This document shows, one piece after another, positions 24,433 through 39,272 of a stretch of DNA of 64,000 nucleotides. Position 1 is the first letter of the stretch. Every line of letters begins with the position of its first letter. The DNA is taken from the NCBI RefSeq assembly GCF_964204645.1, contig NC_134036.1:5548600-5612599 (forward strand), read 5' to 3'. The DNA is from Tubulanus polymorphus (taxonomy: Eukaryota; Animalia; Nemertea). Below the pieces are notes generated by a model. The model was not told the origin of the DNA and made no database searches. It was given only the letters and a program-made list of their open reading frames with translations. A program made the position numbers and the translations under genes.

Positions 24433-25965
24433 TTAGAAGTTCAAAAGAAAGTTGAAATGGCCCGTTGAACATCTATCGATACAACGCGCATACAAACAGT
24501 TTCTCTTGCATACTCTGTACTTAGGATCATCCCAACGAAGATGAGGGCAGTCTCGCTTGCAACCTTCGTTGCACAAGAAACACATAAATGAAAATGAATC
24601 AGTGACCATCAGCAAAACTAAAACTACCACATACTGAAAATAAAGGAAATCATCAAGCGATGTACGTTTTCTGAGAACATTGTTTATCCAAATAAAACTC
24701 GATTGTTAACATGTTTCAATTCATACACAAATGGATGCAGAAACGGAAGAGTGCCGATGCGAGGAGAGGAGTCCACTCTGGCCTGGTGGGCACAAAGTCA
24801 TGAGGATTCTACCCGTAGTAGATGATCATCCACCAGATGTATCACTTATGTACAGCAGATAATCAATTGCTGCGGCAACGACGGCTTTAACTCACGGCGA
24901 AATAGGATTCACCAGGTGTCGCTGGCAGAACATCGATGACAGGATAAAGCAGATTTCGAAATTCATGTTTGGCGATCAAGAGCTAGAGGTAGTTGAGGAT
25001 TATGTATTGCTTGGAGTGAAATTTAACTGGACTGGTAGCTTTGCAAAATCAAGAAAATACCCTTATGATAAAGCAACGAGAGCTATGTTTTCGATCGTTC
25101 AAAAAGGCAGGCGCTTCAAACTTCATGTAGATGTTGTGTTCAAGCTTTTTGATATGTGTGTCGCTCCTATCGCTATGTATGGATGCGAGGTTTGGGGGTT
25201 ATGAAAATCTTGATTTATTAGTGAATCTCCACTCCATATTTGGACACAACAATTTATGGCGAACAGTAGGACCTTCTCAAGTCGAATAAAACACACTCTT
25301 CGTGATCAACACCTTCGAAATACCGTTTCAAAAGTAGACGCTAATCCGATATACATTAATTTTATGCAATACAAAAATGATATTGAATTAGAAAGGTAGA
25401 TTAGTGAACTTGACGAGGATTTAGTAATGATTCTATTAAAATTAAGATTTAGGTCTAATCTCATGCCTGTAAATAAATTATCAAACCTTCCGTTAGATAG
25501 AGATGATTGATCATGTTCGGCTTGCGATGTTTTTGGTGATGAATTGCGTTTTATTTTTAACTGCAACCCACTGAATGAAATGCGTGAAAATATTTTGAAT
25601 TTGAACTCTTGGTATTCTAAAAAAAATCCTACAATCCACTTTGCAAAATTCTTCAAAAAAAGGCTTAGATGTATATAGATCTCTCCCCCCCCCCCCCCCA
25701 ATAATAAGTATATCGTAAATAGAGTATGAATGTATTATCAATAATTTTGTTATATTTTGAAGACAAGTTTATATTCTCTGTTAATTGTAAATATTGTATA
25801 CTTTGTATAAGTCTCCCTCCATGTACCATAGAAATGGTACATGGAGCGGTGAATAAAATCCTAATCCTAATCCTAATCATAATCCTTGCTGTGGAAATAG
25901 AGGACTCGACGACAGTTTTACAAACAAGAACTATCAAAACGTGAATGCATTACCTTTGAAGACAT
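24433..25965 (-). CDS. Peptide B2: secreted 8-Cys peptide precursor, 70 aa; exons 25954-25965 and 24433-24633
   Basis: MSSKYVVVLVLLMVTDSFS-FMCFLCNEGCKRDCPHLRWDDPKYRVCKRNCLYARCIDRCSTGHFNFLLNF*; same splice sites as B1. Confidence 0.85.
24938..25886 (+). mobile_element. LINE 3' fragment in the peptide B2 intron
   Basis: Duplicate of the B1 insertion at the same site. Confidence 0.82.
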
Positions 25966-28353
25966 TTTCCGCGAGTACGTGTACAACGATGCGACCAGAC
26001 GATAGCAGTTTATACAGCGAAAATAATATTCGATTAAACTATTTAAATAATGCAGACGTTTCAATTGGTTTCAATTCTCTTTGTCTCTATCACTCAGACG
26101 CACTAGAATCGGTATCGTATATCACCATCGCCCGATATCATATGTATTGCAGTTTAGCAGCTGTGTTTGGAGTGTTAAGAATTTTTCTTTGTTTTCGATT
26201 TAGAAATACTAAACAATTTAAACTATAAGTATAGATTCTAAAGATACGTCTTCTAGATAAGAGTGATGTAGTTCTCAAACCTAACAATTCATCGAAATTG
26301 CGATGGTCGTCATTTGTAAATGATTGGAATTTTACAAATCGCTGGCTTCATTGAGAATGAGAAAAGTCGTCATTACTATATAATCATAATCTAATGGAAT
26401 CATTTCGAATCACGAAAGCCATAGTAAACTAGAGAGTCGTCATGGACACTTAACAATATTTTACAGAATGAATCGTTGACATAATCGAAAACGAGAAATT
26501 CGCAGAAAACCCAGTTATTTGTCTGATGATTTTTCTTTTCTTTTCCTTTTTCAGCATGCGAGGATCCATAAAGTGTATATACATTCGTCTAACAGCTTGT
26601 CATCGTAATTAAACTGAATTGCAGAAATAAAACCGACGCCCCGAAGCAAAAAATCATATGTACATACAGCTCATCCTATTTTTACGTAGTACCGGTAACT
26701 TACAGAGAACACCGTCAAGAAATAAAGAACTGCCGTGGATCACTTGACATTTGTGTAGATTCTCGTGTACGGTTACGTTGTAACGTCATTTTCATGTCAA
26801 AGAAATGTCCAAACCAGGTATCTATTTCAGAAACATTCTCCATTTACTCCGATTATGAAATCCAGTTCGAAAACCGCAGCAATGAATTTTTAGTTCGAAT
26901 GTGAACAGGAGCGGGAACTCGATTAATCGCTGCTTTGCAACTACTAGATTTCAGTCGTCGTTTTTGAGTCCATATTTCATTTTCCTTCCATCAGTGGAAC
27001 TAGCAGCATCAAATACAATTGTTTTAAATCTAAGCCTATATTTATTGAGAACACTAGAGAATACCATATCTTCAGCCAGTCTGTAGAAACCCTTTGATGT
27101 TGTTTTGCAGCTATATTTGTTTCCCCCATTCATTTCATTTTTTACTTTACTGCCTATCGCTTCTGCATTCTGAGAACTGCGATGTCACTATAGACGAAGG
27201 GTGAACGAATACTTTGTAAAAACCGCTTAAAACTCCTATTATTTCTGCAAAATTAATAATACTCACTTTTCACAGCTGATTAATTTCACTGCTTATGATA
27301 ACATTTGACTGTAACATACGATACCGGTTCGAGTACGTATGAGTGATAGAGGGTGTTTGAAGAGCTAAAACATCTGCATCAATTCAAAATTTGTATTGAT
27401 TATGAACAATCACTCGGTCTCGGGCTCTCTCCCTTCCTATTCAACCTGCCAACGTGTTGATATGCGTGAAGTAGAATAGAAATATACATCACATCGACTG
27501 CACCAATGCAGGTTCTGTTTTGCGCAATTATTCATCAACTTTTTGCGTACATTCTCGAGGCAGGCAGAGTTAAAAACCGATTCGCATAGATCCTCCAACA
27601 GCCTCTGGGGTGTTTTCTCTTTTCATGGAAATGGAAGATTATTGTTAGACATCGGCTGTATCGTCGAGGGAAATACGCCAACACGAGACTAATGTCGTCA
27701 AAACGAGAATAATGTCGTGAAAATGAGAATTAAGTCGTCAAACCGAGATTAAACTCGTCAAGTCAAGAATAATGTCTTCAAAACGAGAATAAAGTCGTTT
27801 AAATCGAGAATAACCTCGCCAAAACGACAAAAAGTCACAAACAAAAACAAATTAGATGCTGCTTCTACGGCGTTAGAAGCATCATTGGTTATAATATCGT
27901 TAAGAGCCCTCTCGTCGAGGGGGCTCAAAGATGAAACAGACATAGAGATGCTTAAGGTTATCACCTGCCATAATGATTTAGTCATGATCCATCGTGGTTA
28001 GTAATTCGGTCACAATAAAAGGGTTTAATACGTTTCGTGAAATCGATCCACGATCAGTAAAAGTAATACGTTCAAATATCAATTACTGCACACAATCTGA
28101 TAGAAATAACTGCCTTTACCTTTTGATTATCTTCAATTTCTGTCTTTGTCCCGATAGGCCTCTCGTACTGTACAGCGCATTGCTATATTTTTCTTTTTTT
28201 TTCGATTGGTACCTGTATAAAGCAAAATAATATGATCTTAAAAATATATGTGTGGTATTGGTTACGCTGAACATCCAAAATCATGGTCTCATTTTTGAAT
28301 TTAAAAGTCAAGTTAAATCCTGTCTTATAAATTTGAATTACAATAAATAAGAA

Positions 28354-28591
28354 CTGGGTGCAGTCCACAGAGTTTAGCAGTTTCGAGAAAGACGGATTGA
28401 TTTGGAGTTAACTCGATGAAAATCGACTGGTTTTTTTACTTCAGCATTTTTCTAACAGCGTTACAACCGGGTTCTTTTCTGGTTCTCACAAAAAATTATC
28501 ATATCCTAAACCGATTTGAGATCAACGGAATCGATGAATAAATCCAATCGATTCCTTTTTAGGTAGACCTTTTTGGTGAAACTGGACCCAG
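28354..28591. mobile_element. Short MITE-like element downstream of peptide C (also ~15890-16109, 49430-49666, 61830-62066)
   Basis: Imperfect TIRs CTGGGTGCAGTCCAC...GTGAAACTGGACCCAG; the left TIR is missing in the first copy. Confidence 0.5.
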
Positions 28592-29063
28592 AGTGTACAT
28601 TCAGCTCATCCCCGTGACGTTCGAACTCGAACGCGATTAACTAGTTATCTGTTTTCGTCAATAATTTCTTGATCAAATGCGTCAGCTCGAAAATATGCAT
28701 ATTTTATTCTGCATTCTCACTGGTCGGTAGTACTTGAAGTACCTTTGTATTTTTCTTTGTAAAATACATACAATCAGTGTATAGTTCTGTCCCATTGCAT
28801 TGTTTAATTTTATAGTCTCTTATGATGTCTAATTGAAAATACTTATATTAAAAATAAGTAAAACACTTGACTTTGTATACCCCTCGTGTCGACACGTGGA
28901 ATAATTCCATTTCAATTTCAATTACTCTGACAAAACGTGGCCATCGATCTATTTCCCTTCACCGAGGAATCATAATCGTTCGCGTCGAATAGAAAAAAAA
29001 CAAAAATCGAGAAACGAAACGAAACGAAACAAAACGAGACGAAAATAGATGTTAAACATGTTT

Positions 29064-29412
29064 TTATTTAAAGCCACCAGGATTATACCCTCGATAGCGA
29101 ATCTTCCAGTCTGACCCACAACCAGGACACATCCGAACCTCACACTTTGCCTTGCAATCTTTATACTTAGGAAAATCGTAATTATAATAAGGACTGCAGT
29201 AGCCGCAGTTCCTGTTGACGCAAAGGGAACATATGAAAAACCCACTTGAATTAGCAAAACCAGTGACCATCAAAACAAAAAATAACAGATACTGAAAATA
29301 AAATAAATCAGGTGCTGTACATTTCTGTGAAAAGTACGTTATTCATACAAAAAATACACGATCCCTAAAGTGTTTAAATTCACACATACACACACGCACG
29401 CACGCACGCACG

Positions 29413-29444
<32 letters not shown>

Positions 29445-29759
29445 TGAATGCGTAAACGGAAGAGGACTGAGGCGAGGAGAAGACTCCGCTGTGGCCTGAT
29501 AGCCACACGGTGATTCAACCCGTGGTAGATAAGGATCAACCATTGTTTTACTTGTGTGCAGTAGATCATACTACTGCGACAACACAGGCATTAACCCACG
29601 GCGAAACGGGATTCACCATATGTCGCTAGTGTGCGGTAAAACATGGCCTACTGCGCAACGGGATATTTAGCTCAGGACGTGACCGGGTGTCGCTAGCGAA
29701 TATATATTTATAGAAATATAAATTACAAACAAGAACTATGCATTTACCTTTGATGACAT
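29064..29759 (-). CDS. Peptide C2: 79-aa variant; exons 29748-29759 and 29064-29291
   Basis: As C1, but with FFIC and a shorter tail ending NPGGFK*. Confidence 0.85.
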
Positions 29760-32023
29760 GTTTCTCCGATTCGCTAGATCTCAACTCAAACGTGTTTGTG
29801 AAGTCTACAAATTCCTTCTGACAACCGCGTGTACGTGTACAACGGTGCGACCAAACGATAGCGGTTTATATGGAGAGACATAATATTTTGATCGAACTAT
29901 TGAAATCATACAGACGTTTCAATTGGGTTCAATTCTCTTTGTCTCTATCACTCAGAAGCACTCGAATCGGTATCGTATATCACCATCGCCCGATATCATA
30001 TGCGTTAAATTTTAGCAGCTGTGTTAGGAGTATTAAGAATTTTTCGATGTTTCCGAGTTAATTATACTAAACATTTTAAACTATTATCATATATTCTTCA
30101 ATAGCCGTCTTCTAGATAAGAGTGATATCGTTCTCGAATCTTCGAATTCATCGAGACTGCGACGGTCGTCATTTGTGAATGAGTTGAATTTTACAAATCG
30201 CTGGCTTTATTGTTATTGAGAAAAGTCGTCGCTATATAATCATAAAATCTAATGGAATCATATTGAATCAAAAAAGCCGCTGTGAAGATCGTCGTAGTTA
30301 TTTCACAGAGTAGTTGACGTATTCGAAAACGAGAAATTCGCAGAAAACCCAGTTATTTTTGGTGATTTCACGCAGCTTCTTAACGTTGTATTAGATTATG
30401 GCTGGAATATAACAAGGCTCTTTGAATGAGTGAATTCTATGTACACAGTCCATCCTATTTTAAAGCAGTTACTGAGAACAAAAATAAAACCGTGGATCAC
30501 TTGATATTTGTGTAGGAAATCTCGTGCAGGCTTATGTTTGTGCGTCAAAGAAATGTTTCCGAGAATATCTTAACCGGGTATTTATTTCATTAACATTGAC
30601 ATTTTCTTTGATAACGAAATCCAGTTCGAATCCGCAGCAATGAATTTTTAGTACGAATGTGAACTGGCGCGGAAAGTCGGTATCGCTGCTTTGTAACTAC
30701 TTGATTTATTCGTTTCAGAGTCCATATTTCATAATCCTTTCATAAGTGTTGGGGGACTAACAGAAACATGCATTTCGAATAAACTTGTAAACTCTAAGCC
30801 TACATTTATTGAGAACATTAGAGAATACGGTACGATCATTTTTGCCAATTTTCAGAAACTTTTCGACGCTACTTTTCGACGCTGCTTTGCAGCTATGTTT
30901 GTTTTTTTTTTCATTTCCTTTCCCCCATTCTACATAACTGCATGTTCGCGAAATCAATTGTGAATTCAATTTGGTTTCTAAAACAGACAAGTTACTAAAC
31001 ACGATCTTATCACTCCCTATCGCTTCAAAATTCTGAGAACTGCGATGTCGCTATAGAGGAAGGGTCAACGAAGAAGCAGTATTAAACGCTTTATACTCGT
31101 ATGACATAATCGTAACATGCGATACCGGTTCGAGTGCGTCTGAGTGATAGAGGGAATTTGAACAGATAAAACATCTGCATCACTTCACACAATTGTTATT
31201 GATTATGAACTGTCACTCACTCTCCGGTTCTCTCCCTCCCTCTCTATTCCAACGGCAAACTCGTTCATATGCGTGAAGCAGAATTGTAGAATAGGAATAA
31301 ACTTTGCATCGACTTCACTAATGCCCGAAATCTGAGATCTAAACAGTCGCGAAAGGTTTGATAATAATTCATTAATAATTTATTCTATTATCTATGTATA
31401 CAATGTGCTCATTGGCTTTACACCATATCTATTAATAGCAATAAACATTACATCGACTTTTCCAATGCCAGAGATTTGAAATCTACACAGTCGCGAAAGG
31501 TTTTAATAATAATTCAATAATAATTTATTCTGCCTAAAATCCATATACAATATGCGCATTGGCTTAACATCATATATTAAAGGGAACAGCGAAACAGAAA
31601 ATTAAATCGAGTTTTATTAAAAGCTTTGTTAGTTCCAAATAATTCCCTTTATTACACAATATGTTCAACTGTCTATTTAACGCGGAAGGACATAACAGCC
31701 AACAGTAAGGAGCATGGATACACGATCGTCAACCAAAATGTAAATGCAATGCCATCAGAATTAACCTATTCAAAATATCCCCACAAAGCATTGTCGTGAA
31801 AAAAAGTATTCTTGCAATTCCACATCAGCATTAGTCTAATAACACGCCCTTTTAACCGAAGACAAATTCTTTATCTAGTAAAGTCTGAGCCTCATATTTC
31901 AGAAAAGGATTTTGTATCTTAAAGAATTCGTCAGCATTATGACTGTGTTGAGACTAGAAGATACACAATATCCGTGTAAGATGATAACGAGAGAAATCCC
32001 GCAACGAATTCAGCAAAAACGTA

Positions 32024-32217
32024 CGGTGGCTGATAAGGGCCAAATGCATTGATTTTTACACGACCTCGATTATTGAAAAATGCAAAACGAAACCTATAGA
32101 GCAAAAACGAATTTTTCAATTTTGCTACCGCGCAAAAACGAACTTTTCGTTTTTGCTAGGGCGCAAAATAATCGAGGTCGTGTGAAAATTATTGTATTTG
32201 GCACTTATCAGCCACCA
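32024..32217. mobile_element. MITE family 1 copy (collapsed to 194 bp)
   Basis: Same outer termini; interior deleted. Confidence 0.75.
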
Positions 32218-33287
32218 TACTATTAGCCATCATCAGGCGTACGTTATGTGATTTTCCGGTCGATCTCTTACTCCTTCAACCAAAAAAAAAAACAAAAACA
32301 AAAGAAAAGTTAGTCAAAAGACAAATTATCTCTTTATGACACCAAACGAATTAGGTACACTGACTTCAATTATGGACGAGAGACCATCGCTTGTAATACG
32401 ATTAAGCTACTGTATACTATAATTCAGGGTCGTAATCTCGAATAATAACAAACCTATAATAAGGCCTAATACTCCTTGACAAGTGACACAGTAAACATAC
32501 GACATAGTACGGTTGATTCTAATTTCAAAATTGATTAGGTCAATCTTTTACGACTTAATTCAGAGTTTCAGTAAGTTACTTTTTTCCTCAAGCTAAGCTC
32601 GACTAAGGTCGACTCACGACCCGATTATCTCGTCGTGAGATAAGAGCGGTTTTTAAAACGTGACCGCCGGTTACCGATCAATTCGTTGCATCGTCGTAAT
32701 AGCGCTCAGGTCGACTACGACCCGATCGCCGCAGGCTTACTCTGTCGCTGATTTGCTACGATGGTTTGATCGGGTCGTGTAAAAGCAGAACTGGTTCTAT
32801 CCTCGCGATTCGGCTTATACGACTGGTCTGCGATCAATTCGTCGCGAAGCGCACGGTTCCCGATGAAAATATGGCAGGTCCTTCAGACGAGATGATCGGG
32901 TCGCAAGTCGACCTGAGCTTAGCTTTCTTCTACATACGACTAATCCTGCCATCCAGCAAAATATGAATGCATGTATTATGCGTTTTTTTGTACGTTTGAC
33001 GTTTGTACCGCTATGACCGTCAGCATTTAGCCTCGAGTTTGTCAAATGAATTTCAAGTAAAATGACGCGAATCATGATTAATAAGTAGACTGAGACAACC
33101 TAAGGGGTCCACTAATGCTTAAGCATATCGGTCAGAGTGAGCTGAAAATCAGTGATCCTACACGAGACACGTGGAGTTATACACATTGATATAAGTCGGG
33201 AATTATGAGCGGAAGATATCATTTAAAAGATAGATCCATATGATCACCGCGTACTTCACGATGTATTTCTAATAAATATGTTTATGA

Positions 33288-35105
33288 CTAAGATATAATT
33301 TTCAGGTGGACCACAACAGCGGAAGCTGCCATGTGTAACGTGCCATTTTCATCGACTGGAACTTTTCCCATATAAACACCGAGCGCGTCGTCCATGAACT
33401 CGGCTAGTTTCGATTCGGGAATTCGTTTTACGTGCGGTAAAATTGCGCCGAACCATTCTGAAAAAAATAACACGATATGTAATAATAGTAGAACATCCTT
33501 TGTTTCGCTATCATCGAAGTATGGTTAAAATCATTGTCACGGTCCAAATAAGGCCCGGAACAAGTAACTCGAGCTTGATTCGTTCCAATTCGCGGCCCGG
33601 ACCAAATCGTCTCCGTGTGACCGCGCCTGAAGTCTCGCGACGCCAACGGGTCCGGAAAACAAATGAGGGAGGATGTTTTCAGTTATGGTTCACTAACGTT
33701 TTGCAGATTCGCGATCGGAAAATGTGTAATCACGAGTTGTGATTTCACAACGTTTAACAGCGAACCCCAATGATTCAGCCATTCGGCGATATCCACTGAC
33801 TATATCCGGAGACCTCCATTCGCTGTATTCCTCCCAGCTCGGCTCCAACGACCAGTCCGGTGTAAATCCCTACAGAAAAATAACTCGTCATTAGATCTGA
33901 CTATAGAATTAAAAACCTTTCAAAAATGAATGTCCTTATAAGGTAATGCATCATTCGAAAGATAAAATTGCTCTATCAACATTTTTTATAGCATATTTAA
34001 ATCGTAAATCGGTCGAACGGTTAAGCTGCTAGCTTTGGAGAGAACCGTCATTATCAACATAATCTGCACTCAGATGGTTACAACATTTCACACTGATGAA
34101 TGAGTCATACCTGGAAATACGGAGACCATTTTTCCAATTTGTCTACATCGCACATGTGAACCATCATTGATGACGTAATCAGCACGAGGACGACTTCCCC
34201 GTTAACGGAGAGTAGACGTTTTATATTTTCCAAGTTCTTATATTGATTCGGAGTCCAGTGAAGAACCATGAACGACGTGACCAAGTCGAATTTCCGTCGC
34301 CAGTTCGCTCCGTACGAGTCGGGATCGGTCAAGTCGGCGACCAGGTATTCGATTTTAGGATTCGGATTTTTCGAACGGGCGAAATCGACCATAGATTCGT
34401 ACTGGAATGCGATAGTAAAACAAACTATATAGATAAATAAACGCGATGTTTTTTTTCAATCCAGAATCAAATTCATTTTTCATTCATTGCTCGCGCATTT
34501 AGCAGGTCGGCCATTTTATGGTACAGCAAACATATAGCGAACATGCACACAAATTTTACCTCCCGTATAGAGACCACGGTGGGATCCCGGTTTGGCCATT
34601 GGCCGAAATCCCTGAGTTAGCTGATGTTTCCTTGTAACAACCAAAAGATTTATTCTTTGAATCGGAGAAATATCTAGGCCCGAAATATTACAATCCATTT
34701 ATTTGAATGATGTAAGGCAAAGTGATACAATATAGCACTCTAGCTGAATTCCCTGCGTTTAGCAGGTTTTGGTTAAGTTTGTTAAATTTGTCAAACCTGT
34801 GTCAATGCTGATTGGGCTAACGAAGGGTAACCTCTGAGCTGATGAACGATGCAGCTATGATATAACCCCCCCCCCCCCCCCATCTGACCAACAAAGCAGA
34901 CTGTATTTACCTTATCAAAAGCGGTAAGATGTTCGACGTTGTCCAATTTACTCAGTATGGTATTAGTGACTTCACCGCTACCGCAGCCTATATCCAATAC
35001 ATTACTGTAACCACCCGGCTTGAAATCAATGGTCGATAAAATATTAGCGGCCCAATTTCTGTTGCCGTAGCTAGCATTCGAATAAAGTTCCGCGTTCGGA
35101 TTCAT
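33288..35105 (-). CDS. MT4: JHAMT-like methyltransferase; exons 34911-35105, 34111-34401, 33698-33869, 33288-33457
   Basis: Intact copy with substitutions D13Y, GADW>GANW and HLQ>HLK. Confidence 0.92.
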
Positions 35106-36426
35106 TCTGTATCTTCCGCAAGCAAGAACTTTAGATTGAATTAGATCGAGCGAAAATGTTCGAGATCTCGCGGAAGTGAAGAACAGAACCGCGATTACGA
35201 GTAAGAGTTTATGCGGGCGGTTTTGTGATTTTTTACGTTCTCTATAGAGAGCCGCTTTCAAAACGGATAGCGGCAATATAACGTAAGTTTCTATTGCGGT
35301 CAGGGAATAAAAAGAAGCGTTTGAATCGAAATGTCAACATAACTCTATTGCTTTTCTTTCAAGAGGAAAGACTTGTCGCTTTTTCGTCGTTATTAGATCA
35401 TAAAATAAAGATTTTTTCGTCGTTATTAGATCATAAAATAAAGATGACGGTCCCGACGTCGAAATTGAGAGGACACCACCAAACGTATACGACGAAGAAT
35501 CGATTTTATCGATTGAAATATAAGTCAATAAACGTCTAGACTATTTCTTGAACGTCGAACAACGTGAATGTATCATAACTATCGTTATACAACCCACGTC
35601 CGTGTAAACTCTACCAGTGTTCTGTGTTGGGTTTCCATACGCGAAACGATACTTGCTCCTCGAAAAGACCTCGAAAAAACCATAGTTATTAAAACTGTTA
35701 GTGATTATTGACTCAATTTTGAATCATCTGTATGCGAGCAATTCTCTACGCAATTTACGAAATGGCTCATGGAGTATCAGTCAAAACGCCAAACGCCAAA
35801 CGCCAAACCCCAAACCAGGCCTACCGTCCGAGTTTTACTTCGTTATCGAGGGCTTTTTCCAATCGAATCGAAGAGGTTGGCCTCTAGGACTGTTGTACTT
35901 ATCTTGTGAAATGTGAACAGTTCTTTCTTACAGTAGTGTCTTTTTCACGGTCAGTCTATGTTTTAGTAAATACTCGATTGATGCGCACTCTGTATTAACC
36001 TCTCGTTTAGGTAACGAAAACAATTGAGAAAATTCCAATTTCATTTCAATTCCAATTTTATCTATTTGAACACATGCGTCAGCTCGAAGATATGTACTTG
36101 AAGACAGTGGTATTTTTCTTTGTAAAAAGCATATATTCCGTGTATAGTTCTATTTCGTTGTATTGTTTATCATACAATCTCTCATGATTTCGAATTGAAA
36201 ATACCTCTTGAAGTTAATAATTCACTCTGAATACCCCCGGTGTATACCCCTCGTGTCGAATTGAAAGACTTCGAAATTAATTTCAACTTTAATTTCTCTA
36301 ACGATAGAGGGTGCGTCGATCTCCGTTCACCTAGAAATAGATAATCGTCGTTCGCGTCGAATAAAAAACCGAAAAGGGAGAAACGAAACGAAAAGATGTC
36401 AAACATTTTTTTTTCTAGGTTTTAAG

Positions 36427-37020
36427 TCACCAGGAACACATTGGACAGTATTGTTTGAAACAGTTGTTCATGCATTCTGTCGGGCCACGAATACAGTGAT
36501 AGCAGTCACTCATTTCACAGTGTGTACAGATCAATAGAAGCCCCAAGTTAGCGTGAGTATAAGCAGTGACCATCAGCAAAACTAAAACTACCAGATACTG
36601 AAAATCATAGAAATCATCGAGTGCTGTACATTTTCTGAGTGAAACATATTACTCATACAAAACATCGATCCAAAAATGTCTCAATTTATACACGTATGAA
36701 TGTAGAAACAGGAACGGATAGAGGCGACGACGGGCACATGAGGATTCTACCCGTAGGAGGTAACGGTCCACTAGGCGTCTCAGTTGTGGATGGTAGATCA
36801 TCAACTACTGCGGCAACAATGCTTTTACTCGCGGCCGAAAATAGGATTCACCAGGTATCGCCAGTGAGCAGTAGGCCATCAACTGCGGCAGTAACGGCAG
36901 CTTCGGAACGAGACGCGATACGATTCACCAGTCGTCGCTAGTACAACATCAATTACTCTGGAGATGTTACAATTTTACAACAGATCTATCATAACGTTAA
37001 TACATTACCGTTGAAGACAT
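36427..37020 (-). CDS. Peptide A2: 8-Cys peptide precursor; exons 37009-37020 and 36427-36597
   Basis: Same protein as A1, with one silent Gly codon change. Confidence 0.85.
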
Positions 37021-39272
37021 TTTCCACCGATTCTTTCAGGTCTCAGCTCAAACGTGTTTGTGAAGTCTACAAATTCCTTCTGACAACCGCGTCTACGTGT
37101 ACAACGATGCTACCAAACGATAGCGGTTTATATAGAGAGACATAATATTTTAATCGAACTATTGAAATCATGCAGACGTTTCAATAGGTTTCAATTCTCT
37201 TTGTCTCTATCACTCAGACGCACTCGAATCGGTATCGTATATCACCATCAACCGATATCGTACGCATCAATTTTTAGCAGCTGTGTTAGGAGTATTAAGA
37301 ATTTCCCGATGTTTCTGAGTTGAATATACTAAGCATTTTAAACTATTTTCACATATTCTTCAATAGCCGTCTTCTAGATAAGAGTGATATCGTTCTCGAA
37401 TCTTCGAATTCATCGAGACTGCGACGGTCGTCATTTGTAAATGAGTTGAATTTTACAAATAGCTGGCTTTATTGATAATGAGAAAAGTCGTCGCTATATA
37501 ATCATAAAATCTAATGGAATCATATTGAATCAAAAAAGCCACTGTGAAGATCGTCGTAGTTATTTCACAGAGTAGTTGACGTATTCGAAAACGAGAAATT
37601 CGCAGAAAACCCAGTTATTTTTGGTGATTTCACGCAGCTTCTTAACGTTGTATTAGATTATGGCTGGAATATAACAAGGCTCTTTGAACGAGTGAATTCT
37701 ATGTACACAGTCCATCCTATTTTAAAGCAGTTACTGAGAACAGAAATAAAACCGTGGATCACTTGATATTTGTGTAGGAAATCTCGTGCAGGCTTATGTT
37801 TGTGCGTCAAAGAAATGTTTCCGAGAATATCTTAACCGGGTATTTATTTCATTAACATTGACATTTTCTTTGATAACGAAATCCAGTTCGAATCCGCAGC
37901 AATGAATTTTTAGTGCGAATGTGAACTGGCGCGGAAAGTCGGCATCGCTGCTTTGTAACTACTTGATTTCTTCGTTTTAGAGTCCATATTTCATAATCCT
38001 TTCATAAGTGTTAGGGAACTAACAGTAACATGCATTTCGAATAAACTTGTAAACTCTAAGCCTACATTTATTGAGAACATTAGAGAATACGGTACGATCA
38101 TTTTTGCCAATTTTCAGAAACTTTTCGACGCTGCTTTGCAGCTATATTTCTTTTTTCATTTCCTTTCCTCCATTCTACATAACTGCATGTTCGCGAAATC
38201 AATTGTGAATTCAATTTGGATTCTAAAACTGACAAGTTACTAATCACGATCTTTTCGCTCGCTATAGCTTCAACATTCTGAGAACCGCGATGTCGCTATA
38301 GAGGAAGAGTCAACGAAGAAGCAGTAAGTAGAAAACGCTTTATACTCGTATGACATAATCGTAACATGCGATACCGGTTCGAGTGCGTCTGAGTGATAGA
38401 GGGAATTTGAACAGATAAAACATCTGCATCACTTCACACAATTGTTATTGATTATGAACTGTCACTCACTCTCCGGTTCTCTCCCTCCCTCTCTATTCCA
38501 ACGGCAAACTCGTTCATATGCGTGAAGCAGAATAGTAGAATAGGAATAAACATTACATCGACTTCACTAATGCCCGAAATCTGAGATCTAAACAGTCGCG
38601 AAAGGTTTGATAATAATTCATTAATAATTTATTCCATTATCTATTTATACAATGTGCTCATTGGCTTTACACCATATCTATTAATAGCAATAAACATTAC
38701 ATCGACTTTTCCAATGCCAGAGATTTGAAATCTACACAGTCGCGAAAGGTTTTAATAATAATTCAATAATAATTTATTCTGCCTAAAATCCATATACAAT
38801 ATGCGCATTGGCTTAACATCATATATTAAGGGGAACAGCGAAACAGAAAATTAAAACGAGTTTTATTAAAAGCTTTGATAGTTCCAAATAATTCCCTTTA
38901 TTACACAATATGTTCAACTGTCTATTTACCGCGGAAGGACATAACAGCCAACAGTAAGGAGCATGGATACACGATCGTCAACCAAAATGTAAATGCAATG
39001 CTATCAGAATTAACCTATTCAAAATATCCCCACAAAGCATTGTCGTGAAAAAAAGTATTCTTGCAATTCCACATCAGCATTAGTCTAATAACACGCCCTT
39101 TTAACCGAAGACAAATTCTTTATCTAGTAAAGTCTGAGCCTCATATTTCAGAAAAGGATTTTGTATCTTAAAGAATTCGTCAGTATTATGACTGTGTTGA
39201 GAATAGAAGATACACAATATCCGTGTAAGATGATAACGAGAGAAATCCCGCAACGAATTCAGCAAAAACGTA

